NCBI GenBank assembly: GCA_963665325.3
Contig: OZ224045.1
Location: 1,312,001-1,376,000, forward strand
Source of the DNA: Alphaproteobacteria bacterium
GTDB lineage: Bacteria; Pseudomonadota; Alphaproteobacteria; Bin95
DNA: 64,000 nucleotides
Direction of reading: 5' to 3'
Shown here piece after piece: positions 57,772-64,000 of the stretch; position 1 is the stretch's first letter; each line of letters starts with the position of its first letter. The position numbers and the translations under genes were made by a program. Below the pieces are notes generated by a model. The model made no database searches. It worked only from the letters and a program-made list of their open reading frames with translations, and was not told the origin of the DNA.

Positions 57772-59205
57772 ATGACGACGATGGCGCTCGGACCGAGGTT
57801 GCGGCAACGCCAGACCCAGGGGCTGGCGATGACACCGAGGCTGCAGCAGTCGATCAGGCTGTTGCAGATGGGCAGCCTCGAGCTTGAAGCATTCGTCGAT
57901 TCGCAACTCGAGGAAAACCCGCTTCTGAAGCGGGGCGAACCGGATGGTGACGAGGGCGCCGCGGAGGTGCCGGACGAGCCGGCCTTCGGGTCCGAAGCCG
58001 CCGAGGACAGGTTTCGCATGGCGGAGGAATTCTCCGTCCTTCCCCGCAGCAACGGCAGTTTCGACGGCGACATGCCCGGCCCCGACGAGCGCGTGGCGGC
58101 CGCACCAAGCCTGCGCGACCGCCTTGAACGGCAGTTGACGCTCGACATCGCCGATCCCCGCGACCGGCTGATCGGGCGCGCGGTCATCGATGCGCTCGAC
58201 CCCTCCGGCTGGTTCACCGCCGATCTCGTCGAATTCGCGCTTGCCCTGGGGGCCTTGCCGGAGGATGTCGAGCGTGTGCTGCTGTGCCTGCAACAGTTCG
58301 AGCCGGCGGGCCTGTTCGCCCGCTCGCTTGCCGAATGCCTGGCGCTGCAGCTGCGCGACCGGGGCCGCTACGACGCGGCCATGGCGGCGCTTCTCGACAA
58401 TCTCGATCTTCTGGCAGCGGGACGATTCGACGCGCTTGGCAAGGCTTGCGGCGTTCCCCGGGAAGAACTTGCCCGGATGGTGCGCGAGCTGCGCTCTCTC
58501 GACCCGAAACCGGCCTCGGCGCTCGACGACGACGCGGCCGTCCTGCCGGTCCTTCCCGATATTCTCGTGCGCGCACATCCAGGCGGTGGCTGGGCAGTCG
58601 AACTCAACGATCGGGCGCTGCCTCGCGTGCTGGTGGACCGCGAGTACTACGCCCGGGTGCATGGGGATGCGGCATCGGATGCGGACCGGGAGTTCATCGC
58701 AGATCGGTTGAGCAGCGCGAACTGGCTGGTAAAGGCGCTGCACCAGAGGGCGGAAACCATGCTGAAGGTCGGCGACGAGCTGGTGCGCCGGCAGCAGGAC
58801 TTCTTCGCGCATGGAGTCCGGCATTTGCGCCCGCTGACGCTTCGGGATATCGCGGAGGCGGTGGGCATCCACGAGAGCACGGTCAGCCGGGTGACGGCCA
58901 ACAAGACCATGGCCACGCCCCTCGGCCTCTTCGAACTGAAATACTTCTTCACCGCCGCCATAGCCGGAATGGGCGGCGGCGAGGCGCATTCCGCGGAGGC
59001 GGTCCGGCATCGGCTGAAGACGCTGATCGACGGGGAAGAAGCCGGAAGGACGCTCTCGGACGACAAACTGGTGGCCGCGATGCGAACCGAGGGCATCGAC
59101 ATAGCGCGGCGAACGGTCGCCAAATACCGGGAGACGATGGGCATTCCCTCTTCCGCGCACCGCCGCCGCCGCAAATTAGCGGCGGCCGGAGGAATTGGGC
59201 ATTGA
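57772..59205 (+). CDS. rpoN: RNA polymerase sigma-54
   Basis: MTPRLQQSIRLLQ, HESTVSR, RpoN box ARRTVAKYRE. Confidence 0.97.
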   Translation: MTTMALGPRLRQRQTQGLAMTPRLQQSIRLLQMGSLELEAFVDSQLEENPLLKRGEPDGDEGAAEVPDEPAFGSEAAEDRFRMAEEFSVLPRSNGSFDGDMPGPDERVAAAPSLRDRLERQLTLDIADPRDRLIGRAVIDALDPSGWFTADLVEFALALGALPEDVERVLLCLQQFEPAGLFARSLAECLALQLRDRGRYDAAMAALLDNLDLLAAGRFDALGKACGVPREELARMVRELRSLDPKPASALDDDAAVLPVLPDILVRAHPGGGWAVELNDRALPRVLVDREYYARVHGDAASDADREFIADRLSSANWLVKALHQRAETMLKVGDELVRRQQDFFAHGVRHLRPLTLRDIAEAVGIHESTVSRVTANKTMATPLGLFELKYFFTAAIAGMGGGEAHSAEAVRHRLKTLIDGEEAGRTLSDDKLVAAMRTEGIDIARRTVAKYRETMGIPSSAHRRRRKLAAAGGIGH

Positions 59206-59272
59206 CCGGAGGCCGCGGGCGCTCCTAATTTCGGGTAGAACCGCCCGGTCCGGAGACAGTAGGGAGCGGCAG

Positions 59273-59857
59273 GTGCGGATTTCCGTAAGCAGTAAACAGT
59301 TTGACGTGAGTCAGGGGCTCGCCGACCGGGTCCGGGCCTCGCTTGAGCACTCGGTGGCCCGGTATTTCGACCGGGCGATCGACGCCCAGATCGCGTTTTC
59401 GAAGCAGGGAGCCGGCGTCCGCGCGGATGTCTCGGTCCATGCCGGGCGTGGGCTCACGGTGCAGACGCATGGCCAAGCGGTGGACCCGTGGCTGGCCTTC
59501 GGCGAGGCGGAGGAGAAGGTCGCAAAGCGCCTGCGCCGCCACAAGCGCCGTCTGCGCAACCACCACCGCCGCGAGGAGACGGAGTTCGACCGCTGGTCCG
59601 TCGCCCACCGGATCCTCGACGAACCGGAAGGCGTCGGCGAGGAGGCGCCCGAGGAGAGTCCCGCGATCATTGCGGAGATGACCGACGATGTGCTGACGCT
59701 CAGTGTCGGCGAGGCGGTGATGCACATGGATTTCGGCGGGCGGCCGGCATTGCTGTTCCGCAACGCCGCCCATGGCGGGCTGAACATGATTTACCGGCGC
59801 GCCGACGGCAATGTCGGCTGGGTTGACCCCGACGGTCTGCCCGGCCCCGGCGCTTGA
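59273..59857 (+). CDS. hpf: Ribosome hibernation factor (long HPF)
   Basis: KRLRRHKRRL, LSVGEAVM, IYRRADGNVGWVDP. Confidence 0.92.
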   Translation: MRISVSSKQFDVSQGLADRVRASLEHSVARYFDRAIDAQIAFSKQGAGVRADVSVHAGRGLTVQTHGQAVDPWLAFGEAEEKVAKRLRRHKRRLRNHHRREETEFDRWSVAHRILDEPEGVGEEAPEESPAIIAEMTDDVLTLSVGEAVMHMDFGGRPALLFRNAAHGGLNMIYRRADGNVGWVDPDGLPGPGA

Positions 59858-59864
59858 CGCCGCG

Positions 59865-60311
59865 ATGGGCGTCCTCGAGCTCGTAGGTTCCGACGGCGTG
59901 ATGGCCGATCTGGAGGCGTCCAGCAAGAAGCACGCGCTCGAAATGATGGCCGCTTTCGCTGCCGAGAGCCTGGGTTTGAGCTCGAAGGCGGTGTTCACGG
60001 TGCTGGTGGACCGGGAGAAGCTCGGCAGCACCGGCGTCGGGCGCGGCATCGCCATTCCGCATGCCAAGATGGCCGGCCTCGAGGGCATACACGGTTTCCT
60101 GATCCGTTCGCGCGAAGCCGTGCCATTCGAGGCCGTGGACGACGAGCCGGTCGATCTCTTCTTCCTGCTGCTCGCCCCGGAAAGCGCGGGCGCCGAACAC
60201 CTGAAGGCCCTCGCGCGGGTTTCTCGCGCGCTTCGCGACCGGGACACCGTGAAGGCCTTGCGCGAGGCCGCCGGCGCTGCCGCTATGCGCGCCGTTCTGG
60301 AGGACCGTTAG
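59865..60311 (+). CDS. ptsN: PTS IIA(Ntr)
   Basis: REKLGSTGVGRGIAIPH, HLKALARVSR. Confidence 0.95.
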   Translation: MGVLELVGSDGVMADLEASSKKHALEMMAAFAAESLGLSSKAVFTVLVDREKLGSTGVGRGIAIPHAKMAGLEGIHGFLIRSREAVPFEAVDDEPVDLFFLLLAPESAGAEHLKALARVSRALRDRDTVKALREAAGAAAMRAVLEDR

Positions 60312-61489
60312 ACGGTCGGCTGAGGCCGGCGCATCCGGCGCGCGAGGACGCCTGCCAGCAGCAGGCTGCACGCCGAAAGCGCCATCATGAACCAGAACGC
60401 GTCGCCGCCGAAGCGCTCGTAAAGCGGCCCCGAGGCCACGAGGGCAAGCCCCGTAGACCCGCCCATCGCGATGGACGAATAGAGGCCCTGCGCGGTTGCT
60501 GAAATTTCGGGCGCGACATGGCGCTGGAGCCAGGTCATGCCGCCCAGATGCGTCGCGGCGAAGGTAAAGCCGTGCAGCATCTGGACAGGCGCGAGCAGCC
60601 AGAGGTCGGTCGTGAGCGCCGTGCCCGCCCAGCGCAGCATGGCCGCCGAGGCGCCGAGCGCAATCAGGCCGGCGATGCCGATCCGGTCCACGACCCGGCT
60701 GCCGAGAGCGAAGAGCGCGACTTCCGAGATGACGCCGACCGCCCAGAGCGGCCCGATGACGTCCTTGCCGTGCCCGGCGGCTTCCCAGTGCAGGGTGCCG
60801 AATCCCATCAGCACGGCATGGCTCGCCATGTTGCAGGCGATGGCGGCGGAGCAGAGCAGGAAGCCGGTATCCGTCATAAGGCGGCCAATTGCATGACGGG
60901 ACGCGCGCCGGGTCTCCGGGCGGGCGTCGGGCAGCGCCGCCGTCGCCGCCGCGACCAGGAGCAGGCCACCGACCATGGCCGCGACGATGGCTTCGTCGCC
61001 GCGCCCGGCCAGCATCCAGCCGCCGGCCGTGGAGGCCAGGATGAACGCAACCGACCCCCAGACGCGCATCCTGCCGTAGTCGAGCCTGCGCGCGCGCGCC
61101 GTCAGCAGTGCGATATTGTCGGAGAGCGGCAGGGTCGGTCCGTGGGCGAACGCGAACAGCAGCACGAGGAGGAAGACCGGCCAGAAACCTTCCGCCAGAG
61201 GGAAGCAGGCCGCAACCGCCACCGAGGCAACGGCGAAGCCGAGCGCGTAGCGCCGCCGTTCCCCGCGCCAGTCGGCGTAGCGCAGCACTGCGGGGTTGAC
61301 GGCCACGCGAAGCCACATGCTCGCTGCCATGACCCAGGCTATCTCCGGCGCGCCCAGGCCCCGGGACTCGAGCCAGAGGGGGAAAAAGGGCTGATAGACG
61401 CCGACCATCGCGAAATAGGCGGTATAGAAGAGGGAGATGCGCAGCGCCGGCCGTGCGGTCTCTGCCAGCCGGACCCGGGAGGTGATCAT
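60308..61489 (-). CDS. MFS transporter (HcaT/MFS_1-like)
   Basis: PFFPLWLESRG, YGRMRVWGS, QMLHGFTFAATHLG. Confidence 0.88.
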   Translation of the reverse strand: MITSRVRLAETARPALRISLFYTAYFAMVGVYQPFFPLWLESRGLGAPEIAWVMAASMWLRVAVNPAVLRYADWRGERRRYALGFAVASVAVAACFPLAEGFWPVFLLVLLFAFAHGPTLPLSDNIALLTARARRLDYGRMRVWGSVAFILASTAGGWMLAGRGDEAIVAAMVGGLLLVAAATAALPDARPETRRASRHAIGRLMTDTGFLLCSAAIACNMASHAVLMGFGTLHWEAAGHGKDVIGPLWAVGVISEVALFALGSRVVDRIGIAGLIALGASAAMLRWAGTALTTDLWLLAPVQMLHGFTFAATHLGGMTWLQRHVAPEISATAQGLYSSIAMGGSTGLALVASGPLYERFGGDAFWFMMALSACSLLLAGVLARRMRRPQPTV

Positions 61490-61540
61490 GCCGCCGGCCT
61501 CGGGTATATGGAAGTGCCGACAGGGGGACCGGGAGGGGAC

Positions 61541-62065
61541 ATGGACGATTGGCGGGACGGGATTTTCGAGGCGGTCAAGGCGGCGGGCGTGACCCAGGTC
61601 GCCTATGTGCCCGATGCCGGGCACAGCCGGCTGATCGAACGGTCGATAGAGGACAACGACCTGCGCGCGGTGTCGCTCACCACCGAGGAGGAGGGCGTGG
61701 CGCTGCTCGCCGGCGCCTGGCTCGGCGGCGCGAAGGGCGTGCTGCTGCTGCAATCCTCGGGCGTCGGCAACTGCGTCAACATGCTCTCGCTTGCCAAGAC
61801 CTGCGCCTTCCCGCTGGTGATGCTGGTGACCATGCGCGGCGAATGGGGCGAGTTCAATAGCTGGCAGAAGCCCATGGGCGTGACGACCCAGGCGCATCTG
61901 GAGCTCTGCGGGGCCACCTGCTACCGCTGCGACCGGCCGGAGGACGTGCGCGAGACCGTCGAGTCGGCCTTCCGCTTTGCCTATTTCACCAACTCCATCG
62001 CCGCCGTGCTGCTGGGCCAGCGGCTGATCGGCGCCAAGGTGTTCGAGGAGCCGGCCTCATGCTGA
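61541..62065 (+). CDS. Sulfopyruvate/phosphonopyruvate decarboxylase-like alpha subunit (ComD-like)
   Basis: YVPDAGH, TTEEEG, LLQSSGVGNCVN, MRGEWGEFN. Confidence 0.85.
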   Translation: MDDWRDGIFEAVKAAGVTQVAYVPDAGHSRLIERSIEDNDLRAVSLTTEEEGVALLAGAWLGGAKGVLLLQSSGVGNCVNMLSLAKTCAFPLVMLVTMRGEWGEFNSWQKPMGVTTQAHLELCGATCYRCDRPEDVRETVESAFRFAYFTNSIAAVLLGQRLIGAKVFEEPASC

Positions 62066-62634
62066 ACCGGAGGGAGGCCGTGCGCCGGCTGCTGGCGGAC
62101 CGGGGCAACATGCTGGTGGTCGCGGGGCTCGGCCAGTCCTGCTTCGACTGCTTCGCGGCGGGTGACGACCCGCGCAACTTCTATCTCTGGGGCGCGATGG
62201 GCGGTGCCGTGCCGGCTGGCCTCGGGATCGCGCTTGCGCAGCCGGAGCGCCGGGTGCTGGTTGTGACGGGCGACGGCGATGCGCTGATGAGCGCGGGCGC
62301 GCTCGCCACCGTCGGGGCCGAGGCGCCCGAAAACCTCGCAATCTGCATTCTCGACAATGAGCGCTATGGCGAGACCGGCGGGCAGGTGACGCACACGGCG
62401 CGCGGCGCCGACCTGGCGGCGATGGCGGCTGCAGGCGGCGTCGGGCGGTCTTGGACGGTCCGCACGAAGGCGCAGCTGACGGACGCCATCGGCGCGCTCC
62501 GGCAGGGCGCGGGGCCGATGGTCGCAGTTGTCAAGGTGGCGCCCGAAAACGAGCCCGGCGCGCTGCCGCCGCAGGACGGCCCGCACCTTAAGCGCCGCTT
62601 CCGCAGCGCCGCGCTCGGCGTCGAGGACAAATAG
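62059..62634 (+). CDS. ThDP-binding beta subunit (ComE-like)
   Basis: WGAMGGA, GDGDALM...DNERYGETGGQ. Confidence 0.85.
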   Translation: MLNRREAVRRLLADRGNMLVVAGLGQSCFDCFAAGDDPRNFYLWGAMGGAVPAGLGIALAQPERRVLVVTGDGDALMSAGALATVGAEAPENLAICILDNERYGETGGQVTHTARGADLAAMAAAGGVGRSWTVRTKAQLTDAIGALRQGAGPMVAVVKVAPENEPGALPPQDGPHLKRRFRSAALGVEDK

Positions 62635-62641
62635 GGCGCGC

Positions 62642-63016
62642 ATGAGCGGGCTGCCTTTCGAGTTCCAGCCGGCTATCGGGCGCGATGCGCGGGCGGTGGC
62701 GGGTCTTTCGCGGCAAGCGGACGGCTCGATCTGCGCGGTCTGGCTGGCGGCGATCGGCGGGCTCGCCCTGGCGTTCCTGCTGTTCTTCGAGCCGGCCGGG
62801 CTTGCGGCCTGGATGATCTACGCCAATGCGGGCGGGCTGGCGCTCTGCCTTCTGGCGGCGCTCGGGCGCTATCTGGGCTGCACCGTCCGGGCGCGCCGGA
62901 TCGCCGCCGCCTGGAAGCGAGCGGGCGTCGTCTTCCTGCCCGGCGCGGAAGGACTTGTCGAATATGATGGCGCGGTCCACGATCCGGCCCCGCCGCCAGA
63001 GCGGGGGAACGGGTAG
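62642..63016 (+). CDS. Small membrane protein
   Basis: Two hydrophobic segments; in operon spacing with neighbours. Confidence 0.5.
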   Translation: MSGLPFEFQPAIGRDARAVAGLSRQADGSICAVWLAAIGGLALAFLLFFEPAGLAAWMIYANAGGLALCLLAALGRYLGCTVRARRIAAAWKRAGVVFLPGAEGLVEYDGAVHDPAPPPERGNG

Positions 63017-63037
63017 AACTGCGTCGGGGAGAGGGGT

Positions 63038-63799
63038 GTGGCAAGGCTCGCGGGTAAAGTAGCGGTGATTACGGGGGCGACCGGGGGCATCGGCGCGGCG
63101 GCCTCGCGGCTGTTCGCGGCCGAGGGGGCGCAACTCATGCTGGTCGATATGGACGCAGGCCGGCTGGAAGCGCTGGCCGGCGAGACCGGCGCGGCCTGGC
63201 ATGCGGGCGACGTGTCGGACCCGGAGGTGAACGAGGCGGTCGCGGCGGCTACCGCCGAACGGTTCGGGGGCATCGACATCGGCCTGCTGAACGCCGGCAT
63301 AGAAGGCGCGCTGGCGCCCATCGGCGACTATACGGTCGAGATGTTCGACCGCGTCATGGCGGTCAATGCGCGCGGCGTCTGGCTCGGCTTAAAGGCGCTG
63401 ATGCCGCATCTGGAGCGGCGCGGCGGCGGGTCGCTGGTGCTGACATCCTCGACCGCGGGCATCCGCGCCGTGCCGGACATGTCGGCCTACACCGCCTCCA
63501 AGCATGCCGTGATCGGGCTGATGCGCTCGGCGGCCATCGAGGGGTCGGCGTCGAACATCCGCGTGAACACGGTCAATCCCTCGCCCATCGACACGCGCAT
63601 GATCCAGAGCCTCGAAGCCATGCACGGCGTGGACGGCTCGGGCGCGAACCAGCCGCTTGCCGGCGCGACGCCGCTGCGCCGCTACGGCGAGCCGGAGGAG
63701 GTCGCGCGGCTGATGCTGTTCCTCGCGAGCGACGAGTCCAGCTTCTGCACCGGCGGCGTTTACATGGTCGATGGCGGCGTCTCTGCCGGACGGCTGTAG
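63038..63799 (+). CDS. Short-chain dehydrogenase/reductase
   Basis: TGATGGIG, NAG, YTASK, NPSPIDT. Confidence 0.93.
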   Translation: MARLAGKVAVITGATGGIGAAASRLFAAEGAQLMLVDMDAGRLEALAGETGAAWHAGDVSDPEVNEAVAAATAERFGGIDIGLLNAGIEGALAPIGDYTVEMFDRVMAVNARGVWLGLKALMPHLERRGGGSLVLTSSTAGIRAVPDMSAYTASKHAVIGLMRSAAIEGSASNIRVNTVNPSPIDTRMIQSLEAMHGVDGSGANQPLAGATPLRRYGEPEEVARLMLFLASDESSFCTGGVYMVDGGVSAGRL

Positions 63800-63881
63800 G
63801 GCCGCGGCCGGGAGACGGGGCGAAACGAGTCCCGTCCCGCCAACCGTCGCCGGGCGCGGCCCCTGACGACCGCTGTCTGCC

Positions 63882-64000
63882 CTAGAAGTGGGCCGCCAGC
63901 TTCTTCAGGCACTCGGCGGCGACGCTTCGATTGGGGTCGGTCGAACCGGGCATCGTCGCCCAGCCGGCATCCATGACCAGCGAGCTACGCTGGTAGGAGC
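63882..64000 (-). CDS. C-terminus of a hypothetical protein (runs off the window)
   Basis: Open frame SYQRSSLVMDAGWATMPGSTDPNRSVAAECLKKLAAHF*. Confidence 0.5.
   Translation of the reverse strand, partial: SYQRSSLVMDAGWATMPGSTDPNRSVAAECLKKLAAHF

Noticed and set aside
53979-60311. Novelty in the rnd-kdsD-lpt-rpoN-hpf-ptsN block
   Set aside because: Standard conserved alphaproteobacterial gene order

Overview
GC-rich alphaproteobacterial window. The rnd-kdsD-lptCAB-rpoN-hpf-ptsN gene order and the adhesin types suggest a Rhodospirillales-like, possibly marine invertebrate or sponge-associated organism; this is inference. About 1-47 kb is accessory and mosaic, and about 47-64 kb is core metabolism. 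Accessory region, left to right: (i) low-GC EEP and membrane genes, an integrase remnant and a frameshifted DddK/DddW-like cupin; (ii) a 3-16 kb island with a Lon-type AAA ATPase and two convergent, divergent zinc-finger IS1-like DDE proteins, one heading a translationally coupled operon with an apparently split AlwI/nickase-like nuclease and no methyltransferase, the pair enclosing an IetAS-type AAA + subtilase defence module and an ankyrin gene; (iii) a ~3,100-aa autotransporter adhesin with an SRCR domain and 14 copies of a 7-bp repeat in its 5' end; (iv) a putative sulfated-glycan locus bracketed by a duplicated ~345-bp promoter/leader shared with the adhesin; (v) a kinase-receiver-wHTH fusion, a 2-methylserine-type hydroxymethyltransferase and a truncated second adhesin; (vi) IS21, IS66 and IS110 debris; (vii) an SGNH hydrolase flanked by two 173-bp palindrome-ended repeats. 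No CRISPR array, rRNA or tRNA was seen. All family calls come from motif recognition by eye; no searches were run.
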